From Spirochaetales bacterium (GTDB taxonomy: Bacteria; Bacillota; Clostridia; Christensenellales; UBA1242): 64,000 nucleotides of DNA. This document shows positions 15,632 through 25,521 of this stretch, one piece after another; the first letter of the stretch is position 1, and each line of letters starts with the position of its first letter. The stretch covers positions 2,612 to 66,611 of the forward strand of contig JBFXFT010000005.1 in assembly GCA_050178795.1 (NCBI GenBank). Reading direction: 5' to 3'. The notes under the pieces are model-generated. The model was not told where the DNA came from. It made no database searches and worked only from the letters and a program-made list of their open reading frames with translations. The position numbers were made by a program, and so were the translations under genes.

Positions 15632-17653
15632 CTATGCTGCCATTGAGCTCATTAATGTACGGAATATATCTAACGAATCAATTTCTGTTTGAGTTAAACT
15701 TCTGCCAATTACGGCTTCAATTTGCTCGTTAGTTGCCTCTTCAATTACTGGGTCAATACCTTCAACTGCAAGGGTAGCATACTCATTAGAAAGCATCAAT
15801 ATAACTGGAACTGCTGCTAGTTCTTCTGTCGTTAGAGAACGACCAAGACCTGACTCTAATGAAGCAATTACGCTTTGTGACATTACATAATAGTAACTGT
15901 CAATTTCATCTTGAGTTAAACTTCTGCCAATTACGGTTTCAATTTGTGTAAGAGTTGCATCTTGAAGTTCTGGGTCAACTCCAGATGTATATGCTGCGTT
16001 GTATTCAAACATCAATTCAAATACAGTTGCTACATAAACTCTTTCTTGCTCGGTTAATTCTCTGCCCCATTCTGTTGCCATTTGGTCTATCATCATATTG
16101 ATAATTTGCTCTTGATAAATGCCTAGAATAACTTCATAGGCTGCAACTTCCTCTGTCGTAAAGGTTATGCCTAAAACTGTTTGTGCGTCTTCAACATTTG
16201 GAAGCATACCGCCATAACTTTGGAATGCTACTACTACATAAGACATTAGTTTAAACGCATCCATTTCTTCATAGGTTAAGCCTCTATTCAAATTGTTTGC
16301 TACCATAACCATCATCATGCCAGACATCATTTCCATATACATATCGTCTTGTATTGCGTATGCGTCAACTTCGTCTTGAGTTAGACTTCTACCAATTACG
16401 GCTTCAACTTCTTCTGTCGTAGCGTCGCCAAAATCTGGATCTTCTACGCCTTTTGATGCGCTATACTCTGATGATAATGCACCCAAAACTGTAAATATTG
16501 CTCCTTCCTCTGTCGTTAGTGGTCTGCCTAAAATAAATGAAGTCATAATTCTTTGAACATCATAAGGTGTTAAACCATCCCCAGTTGGAGACCCTATGTT
16601 ATTTGTCCAGTAAGTTTGATAGTCTACAATTAAAGTCAACTCTTCTGGCGTCAACTCTCTAATAAACATATCTTGTACTGTAGCCTCGTCAATGCTGTAA
16701 CCCGGTATGAAAATTATACCAAAGTTTTCTGCACGTAAGACTGAAACTGCCTCTAACATAGCAAGTGTTTCGCCACTTGGACTGATGCCTGTTAACTCTG
16801 TCAACAAAGCAACATCAAGCGACAAATATTCTTGTGGTAACACCATAACAACTGTAATTGTTACCTCTACGCTTGCTTCATTATCAGAAGTATCTGCTAC
16901 TGTGTAAGTAAGTGTGTATGCACCTGTTGTCATTAAATCAACAGCGCTATCATCAACAACAATTTCGTTTGTTAAATTGCCATCATAACTGTCGGTTGCA
17001 ATTATTGAACCAATCCAGTTTGGTGTCTCTGAACCTGCTGCCAAGAACAAGTTTTGTGCCCCATTTATTTGTGGGTCGGTAGTGTCAACAACTACAACAT
17101 TTACTGTTTCTGTTGCCTCATTGCCACTATTATCTTCTACTGTGTAAGTAAGTGTGTATGTGCCAACCGTAGTTAAGTCAACCTCGCTATCATCTGCCAC
17201 TATAGCACTCGTTAGGTCGCCATAATAACTGTCATTTGCCGTTAAGCCAGTTAACCAGTTTGGAGCACTAGAATTTACTTCTAATGTAAAGTCCTCCATT
17301 CCCGCCATAGTTGGATTTACAGTGTCTACTACATAAACGCTAACCGTTACACTTGAGTCATTATCACTTTCATCTGTTACGCTATAAACTAAATCATAGG
17401 TTCCAACCACTAGTAAATTTACATCACTAGCATCAACTGCAAGTTGAGTTGTCAAATTGCCATCAACTTCATCAATGGCAGTTACGCCACTTAACCAGTT
17501 TGGTGCGCTTGAACCTACTTCCAGCGTAATATTAACTGCTCCGCTTATAACAGGCCCTGTTTCATCTGCTGTTTTAAACCAGTCACAACCAGAAAACAAG
17601 GTAAAAACTGATAGTAAAAAAACAACGGATACTATTTTTTTAGCCCATTTCAT
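15632..17653 (-). CDS. Surface lipoprotein: three DUF5011-type Ig-like domains plus C-terminal array of G-R-x-L-T-x-x-E helical repeats
   Basis: Lipobox LFSGC. Three copies of P.I.G......G...PNW..G..A.D...G(N/D)LT......D.S.V.L...G.Y.L.Y.V.D.S.N(E/D). C-terminal half has about 10 copies of GR.LT..E, including three IE(A/T)VIGRSLTQ.EID. Confidence 0.75.
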   Translation of the reverse strand: MKWAKKIVSVVFLLSVFTLFSGCDWFKTADETGPVISGAVNITLEVGSSAPNWLSGVTAIDEVDGNLTTQLAVDASDVNLLVVGTYDLVYSVTDESDNDSSVTVSVYVVDTVNPTMAGMEDFTLEVNSSAPNWLTGLTANDSYYGDLTSAIVADDSEVDLTTVGTYTLTYTVEDNSGNEATETVNVVVVDTTDPQINGAQNLFLAAGSETPNWIGSIIATDSYDGNLTNEIVVDDSAVDLMTTGAYTLTYTVADTSDNEASVEVTITVVMVLPQEYLSLDVALLTELTGISPSGETLAMLEAVSVLRAENFGIIFIPGYSIDEATVQDMFIRELTPEELTLIVDYQTYWTNNIGSPTGDGLTPYDVQRIMTSFILGRPLTTEEGAIFTVLGALSSEYSASKGVEDPDFGDATTEEVEAVIGRSLTQDEVDAYAIQDDMYMEMMSGMMMVMVANNLNRGLTYEEMDAFKLMSYVVVAFQSYGGMLPNVEDAQTVLGITFTTEEVAAYEVILGIYQEQIINMMIDQMATEWGRELTEQERVYVATVFELMFEYNAAYTSGVDPELQDATLTQIETVIGRSLTQDEIDSYYYVMSQSVIASLESGLGRSLTTEELAAVPVILMLSNEYATLAVEGIDPVIEEATNEQIEAVIGRSLTQTEIDSLDIFRTLMSSMAA

Positions 17654-17871
17654 TTTAAAAAACCCTCCTTTAAAAATTTTTTGGGGTCCATATTTTTAGT
17701 ACTTACTTTAATTATAGGCACTTATTCTATTACAAGTCAAATACATTAATAATTATTGTAATTCAAAATGTCATCAAAATATACAAAAAAAATAAATTAC
17801 CCCCTAAGAGTTCTTTTTGTTTTTTTTATTATTTGCTATAATAAATTGATGAAAATGAAAAGGAGATATTT

Positions 17872-19173
17872 ATGTCAAAATACAAAATAACGAATATAGT
17901 AGCAAGGCAAATACTAGATTCTAGAGGAATACCAACAATAGAGAGTGAAGTGACATTAAAATGTGGTGCAGTTGGCGTTAGCAAAGTGCCAAGTGGCGCA
18001 AGCACTGGTCAATACGAAGCACACGAATTAAGAGACGGGGACAAGACCCATTATTTTGGCAAAGGCGTACTAAAAGCGGTTGAAAATGTAAACACTTTAA
18101 TTAAAAATGCACTGGTGGGTAAAAGTGCTGACGAACAAACCGAGATTGATAACCTACTAATCGCACTTGACGGAATAAAAAATAAAACTAATTTAGGTGC
18201 AAATGCAATTTTATCTGTTTCTATAGCATGTGCTCATGCTGTTGCAAATGCAAAACACGAACCTATATATGCTTACTTAAACTCATTAACGAGAGCCGAG
18301 TACAAAATACCTGTTCCTATGTGTAACATATTAAACGGTGGCGCACACGCAAGCAACAACATTGACATTCAAGAATTTATGATAATGCCAATAGGTGCTA
18401 AAACCTTTGAGGAAGGAATAAGGTGGTGCAGTGAAATATTTAATAGCCTAAAAAACTTACTAAAAAGTGCAAAACACAGCATAGCAGTTGGCGATGAGGG
18501 CGGTTTTGCACCAGACCTACAAAATGAAGAAGAGGCTTTAAAGTTAATTATAGAGGCAATTAACCGCGCTGGCTACAATACTGAAACACAAGTAAAATTA
18601 GCGATAGACGCAGCGGCTAGCGAATGGGTAAAAGACGAAACCTCTTACCTACTGCCAAAAAGCGAAAGAGCGTATACCAACAAAGAAATGGTTGCTTACT
18701 GGGTTGACATATTAAATAGATACCCAATAATATCACTTGAAGACCCTCTTGGCGAAAACGACCATGAAGGCTTTAAGGAGTTAACTAGTCTAGTTGGAAA
18801 CAGAGTTCAAATAGTTGGAGACGACTTGTTTGTAACTAATATAGAAAGACTTTCTGTGGGAATAGAAAATAAAGAAGCAAACTCTATTTTAATTAAACTA
18901 AATCAAATAGGTTCATTGACCGAAACATTAAAAACAATTGCCTTAGCAAAAAGCGCCGGCTTTACAACAGTAATATCTCACCGCTCAGGCGAAACAGAGG
19001 ACACTTTTATTGCCGACCTTGCAGTTGCAACTGGTTCAACGCAAATAAAAACAGGTTCACTAAGCAGAAGTGAAAGAATTGCAAAATACAATAGACTATT
19101 AAAAATTGAAAGCGAGTTAAATGACAAAAATTATTTTGCTGGAGACAAAGCGTTTTATCAATTAAATAAGTAA
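17872..19173 (+). CDS. eno: Enolase (phosphopyruvate hydratase)
   Basis: Full-length match to enolase pattern (ARQILDSRGIPTIE, SHRSGETED, KYNRLLKIE). Confidence 0.97.
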   Translation: MSKYKITNIVARQILDSRGIPTIESEVTLKCGAVGVSKVPSGASTGQYEAHELRDGDKTHYFGKGVLKAVENVNTLIKNALVGKSADEQTEIDNLLIALDGIKNKTNLGANAILSVSIACAHAVANAKHEPIYAYLNSLTRAEYKIPVPMCNILNGGAHASNNIDIQEFMIMPIGAKTFEEGIRWCSEIFNSLKNLLKSAKHSIAVGDEGGFAPDLQNEEEALKLIIEAINRAGYNTETQVKLAIDAAASEWVKDETSYLLPKSERAYTNKEMVAYWVDILNRYPIISLEDPLGENDHEGFKELTSLVGNRVQIVGDDLFVTNIERLSVGIENKEANSILIKLNQIGSLTETLKTIALAKSAGFTTVISHRSGETEDTFIADLAVATGSTQIKTGSLSRSERIAKYNRLLKIESELNDKNYFAGDKAFYQLNK

Positions 19174-19184
19174 ACTTACAAAAC

Positions 19185-19212
19185 AAAAAAGAGCAGCGAT
19201 TGCTCTTTTTTT
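19185..19212. terminator. Terminator between convergent eno and the GGDEF gene
   Basis: AAGAGCA gcgat TGCTCTT TTTTT. Confidence 0.75.
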
Positions 19213-19222
19213 ATTAACCTAT

Positions 19223-20389
19223 TTATTGCTTGTATGCCTGCTTATGTATTTGTTTGTATTTATACATCTCTTTGTCTGCCCTATCTATTAGAGCGTCTTT
19301 ATCGTATTGTTTATTTGGCTCGCAATAACTTGCGCCATAACTAAACATAATTTTACTGCGAGTAGTCTTTTGATTATAATCTTCTGCTTTTTGTTTTATG
19401 TTGTTACAAAAATTATCTAGGTCTTTTAATTCATCTAATTGCATAACTAAAACAAATTCGTCACCGCCAATTCTTGAAAATAAGTCTCTGTTTTTTATTT
19501 CATTTGTTATTAGATTAGAAAAATCTTGCAAAATTTGATCGCCTTCCCTGTGTCCCCAGACATCATTTGTTGCTTTTAAATTATCAAGGTCAAAAAACAC
19601 AACGGTTAAATACTTGTCTAAAACTTTCGGTATTTGGTAAAAATAGTCTTTAAGTCCAAAGGAATTTTTGACTCCTGTTAAGGCGTCTCTTGAGACCATA
19701 TTTGCAACAATCATTATGTGTATGATAAATATTGAAAGAGTTAGGAATGGGAACAGTGCGCTTATTTGAACTGTTTGAACCGATTGTATAGTGTTCAAAA
19801 AGAATGTTCCAACTATGTTGATTGCGATTAATAAAATTGTCATTCTATTATTTCGCAATATTTTGTTTACAGATTTTATGTGCGTGAATAATAAATTACC
19901 TAAGACTATTACTAAAGGCAAGAACACAAATATTAACATTACAAAGTAATAAGGGCTACGTGAATAAATATTTGTAACTGGCTCTATACTGAAAATAAAA
20001 TCAAATGGTACGCTTAATGAAGATAATAAAAAGTTAATGATTACAAAACCAGTAAAAACTTTTTTAAACTTATAGTAACTAGGAGAAAAACTCTCAACAC
20101 TATATTTTATAAAAAGAGAAGCATTCATAGTAAGAATCGTACAGAAAGTAAAAAGCACAACATTTAAAACTTCAGAAAGTATATAGGCTAGTTGTCCCGT
20201 TCTGCCGTCTAGATACCAACAGGCAATGTCAAGCGTTTGAGTTATAACTGTGGCAAACAAAACCTTTAACCACACCTTTCTTGTGCCGGCATTGTCTTTT
20301 TCCAAGAAAAACTTAGTATGAACATACATAATCACTAAAAGCATTAAAGAAAAGAAGTTAAGAGAGTTGAAAACAATAAAATCTTCCAT
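19223..20389 (-). CDS. Membrane-anchored diguanylate cyclase (multi-TM N-terminal sensor-like domain plus GGDEF)
   Basis: About 7 hydrophobic helices, then DALTGVKN ... FFDLDNLKATNDVWGHREGD ... RIGGDEFVLV. Confidence 0.85.
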   Translation of the reverse strand: MEDFIVFNSLNFFSLMLLVIMYVHTKFFLEKDNAGTRKVWLKVLFATVITQTLDIACWYLDGRTGQLAYILSEVLNVVLFTFCTILTMNASLFIKYSVESFSPSYYKFKKVFTGFVIINFLLSSLSVPFDFIFSIEPVTNIYSRSPYYFVMLIFVFLPLVIVLGNLLFTHIKSVNKILRNNRMTILLIAINIVGTFFLNTIQSVQTVQISALFPFLTLSIFIIHIMIVANMVSRDALTGVKNSFGLKDYFYQIPKVLDKYLTVVFFDLDNLKATNDVWGHREGDQILQDFSNLITNEIKNRDLFSRIGGDEFVLVMQLDELKDLDNFCNNIKQKAEDYNQKTTRSKIMFSYGASYCEPNKQYDKDALIDRADKEMYKYKQIHKQAYKQ

Positions 20390-20656
20390 ACAACGATTTT
20401 CCTTAAATAAATTTTATTGAATAAAATTTTTGCTTATTAGAAACGCTTAATTTTAGTTGTTATTACACAAATTGCTTCAATAATATAAAAATACTAACAC
20501 AATAATTAATGATTTGTAAATTAATTTAAAGCCCTTTAATACACATACCGTTGAAAAATAGGAACGACCAAAATGTAATATTTAAAACATTTATTAAACA
20601 TATTGAATCTTTAACAAATAAGTGCTATAATTTTACAGACCAAAAGAGAGGTTGTT

Positions 20657-21274
20657 ATGACTCATTATCAAAAGTTACTAAACACAAAGGTTTTATTAAA
20701 GACATTACCCTCAAAATATGCCAAAATTATGGCAGATTTTATAGCGATAATTCCACCCGAGTTTAAAGACCAAATCAATCAAACAGGGCTTACTGAAACC
20801 AAAGTAACAAAATCTATGTGCTACAAGACGACTTATTTTATAAACCGCACAAAGAATTATGTTGAGGTTGTTAAAACATATTCTCATAATAATTCCGCTA
20901 AAAAACTTAAATTGTTTTATGAAACCAATTTTTTTAAACCACTAATTGCCAAATATGAAGAAATACAAGATAATCAAATAAGCCTAATAAAACTTGAAAT
21001 AAACTCATTAAATGCCGAACAAATTTGGATGGGTTTAACAAGTAGTATAAGATGTGCCTTAATAGATAATGAAAAAGAAAAATTACTACCTGGAAAGGAA
21101 TTTGTGTTTGAAAGGCAAGTGATTTTTGAAGCGCAAGACCCAGATGACTTTAAGTTTAACGGAAACGTATATTGCAAAGAGGCTGAAAATAAAGTCTTTA
21201 CAATAAGCCACCAAAAATTTAAACAAATATTTGGCGAAGAAGCAATTAAAAGCGATGAGCACGAAGTAAATTAA
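20657..21274 (+). CDS. Hypothetical protein (205 aa)
   Basis: ORF with AGAGAGG RBS; terminator AACACC..GGTGTT TTTTTT at about 21283-21310; no motif recognised. Confidence 0.5.
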   Translation: MTHYQKLLNTKVLLKTLPSKYAKIMADFIAIIPPEFKDQINQTGLTETKVTKSMCYKTTYFINRTKNYVEVVKTYSHNNSAKKLKLFYETNFFKPLIAKYEEIQDNQISLIKLEINSLNAEQIWMGLTSSIRCALIDNEKEKLLPGKEFVFERQVIFEAQDPDDFKFNGNVYCKEAENKVFTISHQKFKQIFGEEAIKSDEHEVN

Positions 21275-21328
21275 ATAAATAAAAAACACCTATCACGGTG
21301 TTTTTTTTATTGTTTATAGTTGTACTTA

Positions 21329-22132
21329 TTATGGTTGCATAATGCCCGCAAAGACTAACCATGCCAAAGCAGATTTAGACACAAAACTTAAAATTATATA
21401 CATCTTTTCGCCGTATATATAGTCTTTCCACTTGCCAACCTTTTTATATTGTAAAAACATATTTAATGGGAACAAGTTAAAGAATAAGAAGTATGAGCCT
21501 GCGATTGCAAATACAAACCACGGTATTTCGGCTAAACTTGTGTTTCCAAAAGCAAACATAAATATTAGCGCCCAACTAAATATTCCTGCAATTGAGCCTA
21601 CAATAAAGGCGCTCCAATTTGTTTTTTCTGTGTATTGGTTCATCTTTTCCATAATTAGTCCAAGTAGGTTCATAACCATATTAATACCAAATAGAAGTAC
21701 AAGTGTACCAAAATCTGTAACTCCAAACAAAACTGCTATTAAATCAATCATAACGGAACTTGTAATTGAATATTCAATCCATCTAAATTTATTTATTCCT
21801 TTTTGCAAGTCATTGTTATAAACTGGATTTACCCTGCGAGTAGAAACTAAAAAATGAAAGAACGCGGTTAGTAGCAAAAAACCTGCTATTACAATTACAA
21901 ATGGTAAATTAAAAAATAATTCTGTTACATTTTCTAGGTGCGCTGGAACGTGTATAGTTGCCGCTACCCATTGGTAAAAGTTTGTATAAATTTCTGGTTG
22001 AAAACTTTTGACCGTATCAATTGTTAGCGCTATAACGAGCATAAATGCACCCTCTAAAAAATGAAGTATGCCTGCTGCAACATTTAAACGCCTAAGTCTA
22101 AAAAATGCATCTGGTCTACTTTGTGAAATCAT
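21329..22132 (-). CDS. Heliorhodopsin (7-TM retinal protein); start moved to ATG 22132, 10 nt behind AGGAGG
   Basis: Whole-length resemblance to heliorhodopsin 48C12 as recalled: LNVAAGILHFLEG, AFFHFLVS, NKFRWIEYSITSSVMI (TM3 Glu), LQYKKVGKWKDYIYGEKMYIILSFVSKSALAWLVFAGIMQP (TM7 S-x-x-x-K). Confidence 0.8.
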   Translation of the reverse strand: MISQSRPDAFFRLRRLNVAAGILHFLEGAFMLVIALTIDTVKSFQPEIYTNFYQWVAATIHVPAHLENVTELFFNLPFVIVIAGFLLLTAFFHFLVSTRRVNPVYNNDLQKGINKFRWIEYSITSSVMIDLIAVLFGVTDFGTLVLLFGINMVMNLLGLIMEKMNQYTEKTNWSAFIVGSIAGIFSWALIFMFAFGNTSLAEIPWFVFAIAGSYFLFFNLFPLNMFLQYKKVGKWKDYIYGEKMYIILSFVSKSALAWLVFAGIMQP

Positions 22133-22262
22133 AAATTCTATTCCTCCTAAACTATATTTCAAGTTTACTTATTTAATCAAAATAAATCAAATGTTTTTAA
22201 ATAGTAAAAAAATTTAATTGTCATAAAATTTAAAAAGCACCTAAGAGTTAGGTGCTTTTTTA

Positions 22263-24353
22263 TTATTTATCGTCTGCCTTTGGATCTAATTTTTCTTTTA
22301 ATTCTTTGTAATCCATAATTTCAGCCTTGACATTTGTAACTATTAGTCCTTCTTTTTTTAAGGCGTCAATAGTCTTTTGTTTTATTTCCTCAATTCTTTG
22401 AGCCTTCAACTCTTGGGCTGCTTTTACTTCCTTTTCCTCTGCCTTTTTCTTTCTGGATATGCGTCTATCTATTGCTTTTATAATATTCTCTACGCTCTCT
22501 CCGTTCATTACTTGGTCTAGTTCTTCTTTATAGATTGTTTCCTTCTCTAATAGAAGTTGTGCTAAAACTTCAAGTTTATCCATACTCTTTTCAATGGCTT
22601 CTTTTGCCCTCAAATAGTTGCGATCAAGTATTTCTTTTATCTCTTCATCTATTTTTCCTGCTGTTGCTTCTGAGTAACTTTGTTGTTTTGAATAGTCTCT
22701 TCCGATAAACACCTCAGTGCCTGAATCTAAGTTTACAAAACCAAGTTTGCTCATACCAAATTGAGTTACCATTTTATGCGCTAGTTTTGTTGCTTGTTCT
22801 ATGTCGTTAGAGGCGCCAGTAGAAATGTCTTTAATTATTAATTCCTCTGCTATTCTTCCACCCATATATGCAGCAATGTTGTCGTTCAACTTATTAAAGG
22901 TATAATAAGCATCATCTGTGCTTGGTCTAGTCATAGTATAGCCACCAGCCATACCCCTTGGAATAATAGAGACCTCGTGCACCTCGTCGCAGTGTTCCAA
23001 AGTTCTTTGAACTATTGCGTGTCCTGCTTCGTGGTAGGCAGTTATCTTTTTATCTCTCTCGGTTACAATACGACTCTTCTTTTGTGGTCCCATTATAACT
23101 TTGTTTATACCTTCAGAAATATCGTTCATATTTATTGCAACTCTATTTGCCCTAGCCGCTAAAATTGCCGCCTCGTTCAATAAGTTTTCAAGGTCAGCAC
23201 CGCTAAAACCGCTAGTCATACGTGCAAGGTTTTTAAAGTCAACATCGCTAGATAAAGGTTTATTTCTTGCGTGTACTTCTAATATCTTTTCCCTTCCTGC
23301 TACATCTGGTATGTTAATGACAATTTGCCTATCAAACCTACCAGGTCTAAGTAGTGCTGGGTCAAGTACGTCTGGTCTATTGGTTGCCGCAATAATTATT
23401 ACGCCTTCGTTTGCCTCAAAACCATCCATTTGAACCAATAATTGGTTTAGAGTTTGCTCTCTTTCATCATTTCCGCCACCGAGACCTGCGCCTCTTTGAC
23501 GACCAACTGCATCAATTTCATCAATAAACACTATACATGGCATACTCTTTTTTGCTTGTTCAAATAAGTCTCTTACCCTTGAAGCGCCTACGCCTACGAA
23601 CATCTCAACAAAGTCACTACCGCTTATAGAGAAGAATGGAACCCCACTTTCTCCAGCTATTGCCCTTGCAAGAAGTGTTTTACCTGTTCCTGGAGGACCT
23701 ACAAGTAGTACTCCCTTTGGTATTCTTGCGCCCAAGTTAGTAAATTTGCTTGGGTTTTTTAAGAACTCTACAATTTCTTGTAATTCTTCTTTTTCTTCTT
23801 TTGCTCCTGCAACATCTTTAAACCTTACTTTTGGCATTTCGGCAAGTTTTGCCCTGCTCCTTGAAAAGCCCATAGATTTACTGTTTGTTGAAGTTATCAT
23901 TCTGATTACTATAATTGCTATCGCTACAAACAATGCTATACTTAAATATGGTAAAAGTGAGTCTATTATAGACGCTTGCTCAAAAGAGTATGTGGCGATA
24001 ACTTGAACCGTAGGTACACCTGTAAGTTCTTGTTCTGCAAGTTCACCTGCATTGTATGCATCTATAAAGTTCATTAAATATTCTGCATCTATATAAGTAG
24101 CTACATAATCATATTTTTCTGGAAAGTCGTCTACTAAGTACTGAGAGTTTACATCTCTTGCTTTTATTGTGCTTCCAACTACATCAATGTTTGTAATTTG
24201 TTCTGCTACAACTTTGTCCCTAAACTCCGTCCAGCTAAGTTCTGTATAGTTTGGAGTAAGGTTAAGTGATGATATTACTAGTAAAATTAAAGCAACCGCC
24301 AGTACAATTTTTATAATGTTATTAAATATATTGTTATTTTTTTTAATTGGCAT
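22263..24353 (-). CDS. ftsH: ATP-dependent zinc metalloprotease FtsH
   Basis: [22 protein letters not shown] zinc motif, two N-terminal TM helices. Confidence 0.97.
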   Translation of the reverse strand: MPIKKNNNIFNNIIKIVLAVALILLVISSLNLTPNYTELSWTEFRDKVVAEQITNIDVVGSTIKARDVNSQYLVDDFPEKYDYVATYIDAEYLMNFIDAYNAGELAEQELTGVPTVQVIATYSFEQASIIDSLLPYLSIALFVAIAIIVIRMITSTNSKSMGFSRSRAKLAEMPKVRFKDVAGAKEEKEELQEIVEFLKNPSKFTNLGARIPKGVLLVGPPGTGKTLLARAIAGESGVPFFSISGSDFVEMFVGVGASRVRDLFEQAKKSMPCIVFIDEIDAVGRQRGAGLGGGNDEREQTLNQLLVQMDGFEANEGVIIIAATNRPDVLDPALLRPGRFDRQIVINIPDVAGREKILEVHARNKPLSSDVDFKNLARMTSGFSGADLENLLNEAAILAARANRVAINMNDISEGINKVIMGPQKKSRIVTERDKKITAYHEAGHAIVQRTLEHCDEVHEVSIIPRGMAGGYTMTRPSTDDAYYTFNKLNDNIAAYMGGRIAEELIIKDISTGASNDIEQATKLAHKMVTQFGMSKLGFVNLDSGTEVFIGRDYSKQQSYSEATAGKIDEEIKEILDRNYLRAKEAIEKSMDKLEVLAQLLLEKETIYKEELDQVMNGESVENIIKAIDRRISRKKKAEEKEVKAAQELKAQRIEEIKQKTIDALKKEGLIVTNVKAEIMDYKELKEKLDPKADDK

Positions 24354-24556
24354 TTTTTCCTCCTATATATTAGTCCATTAATTCTAGCATATTATAACAT
24401 TTTTACAAAATACTATAAACTATTTTTAAAAGTTTTTCACAAAACTAACACTTTCGCTCGTTTAACCACCAATAAAACACTGCCTACCCTTGTTTAGATT
24501 ATATATTTGAACCACAAATTACCCTGTTATATTCTAACGGTTTTATTTAAAAATTA

Positions 24557-24585
24557 TTTACAAAGAAAAATCGTTATGTTATAAT
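24557..24585 (+). promoter_or_regulatory. Promoter of cvpA (TTTACA - 17 nt - TATAAT)
   Basis: tttaca aagaaaaatcgttatgt tataat read directly from the sequence. Confidence 0.55.
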
Positions 24586-24630
24586 AAAATTGAAATTATG
24601 CACAGGACGAGTGCATTTTAGGAGGATAAT

Positions 24631-25437
24631 ATGGATTTCTTTACTTCATTAAATGCCCTAGATATTGTAATTATTGTCATTATGTTAATATTTATTATAT
24701 CTGGATTCGCTAGAGGATTCTTATCAAGCTTGTTAAAATTGTTCAGTAGCGTAGTGAGTTTAGCAATAGCAGTATGGCTTGCAAAACCCGTTGCAGTATT
24801 TATCGACGGAATAGTTAATATGAACAGTTGGTTTGCAGACAAAATTGCTGCTGCGTTCAGCTCTATGGATGCTTTCTTTAATTTAACGGTCGGAGTTGAC
24901 TTCCCTGGTGGAGCACCTGGTGCAGATATTACTGGTGCAATTTTAAAAGACGAAATTGCTAATGGTGTTTCAAGCATAGGCGCAATATTCAAAACAGCCC
25001 TTAATTTCTTTATTCAAGACAATGCAACAATTACAAACGGAACCGTTTTAAAAGATTGGTTCGGTCAACTACTTGGTGGAATTGCTGCCCTAATCGTTGC
25101 CGCTGTACTAATCTTCATCGCTATAAGAATAGTTGTTGCTATACTAAGTAAAGTCTTTGACGCTATTACTAAAAATGCCGCTATCGGTGGACTTGATAGA
25201 TTACTAGGTCTTGCTCTTGGTGCAGCAAAAGGCGCACTTGTAATTGCAGTTATGTTCGCTATTTATTCTGTAGTTTCTGTAGTTCCCGGCGTTGAAGCCG
25301 CTACAAGTTCAATAATTGATGGCTCTGTAATAGGTAAACCAGTTTATGACTACGTTTCGGAATTTGTCGTAAGCCAGATTGGGCAAATAGATTTTAATGC
25401 AATAATTCAAAGTTTATTTAACTCAATAACCGCTTAG
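24631..25437 (+). CDS. cvpA: CvpA-family membrane protein
   Basis: N-terminal LDIVIIVIMLIFIISGFARGFLSSLLKLFSSVVSLAIAVWLAKP typical of CvpA; AGGAGG RBS. Confidence 0.7.
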   Translation: MDFFTSLNALDIVIIVIMLIFIISGFARGFLSSLLKLFSSVVSLAIAVWLAKPVAVFIDGIVNMNSWFADKIAAAFSSMDAFFNLTVGVDFPGGAPGADITGAILKDEIANGVSSIGAIFKTALNFFIQDNATITNGTVLKDWFGQLLGGIAALIVAAVLIFIAIRIVVAILSKVFDAITKNAAIGGLDRLLGLALGAAKGALVIAVMFAIYSVVSVVPGVEAATSSIIDGSVIGKPVYDYVSEFVVSQIGQIDFNAIIQSLFNSITA

Positions 25438-25521
25438 TAAAAAATTAATTAAACAATAAAAAAACAACTGTTAAATTACAGTTGTTTTTTTGTGCCTTAA
25501 ATTGTGTCAATTTGTTGTGAT

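Noticed and set aside
20551-20766. 71-aa plus-strand ORF overlapping the start of orf205
   Set aside because: It has no RBS. It overlaps the better-supported ORF 20657-21274, which has an AGAGAGG RBS.
22977-24006. Several 60-110-aa plus-strand ORFs within 22.9-24.0 kb
   Set aside because: All lie antisense inside ftsH and have no independent signals.
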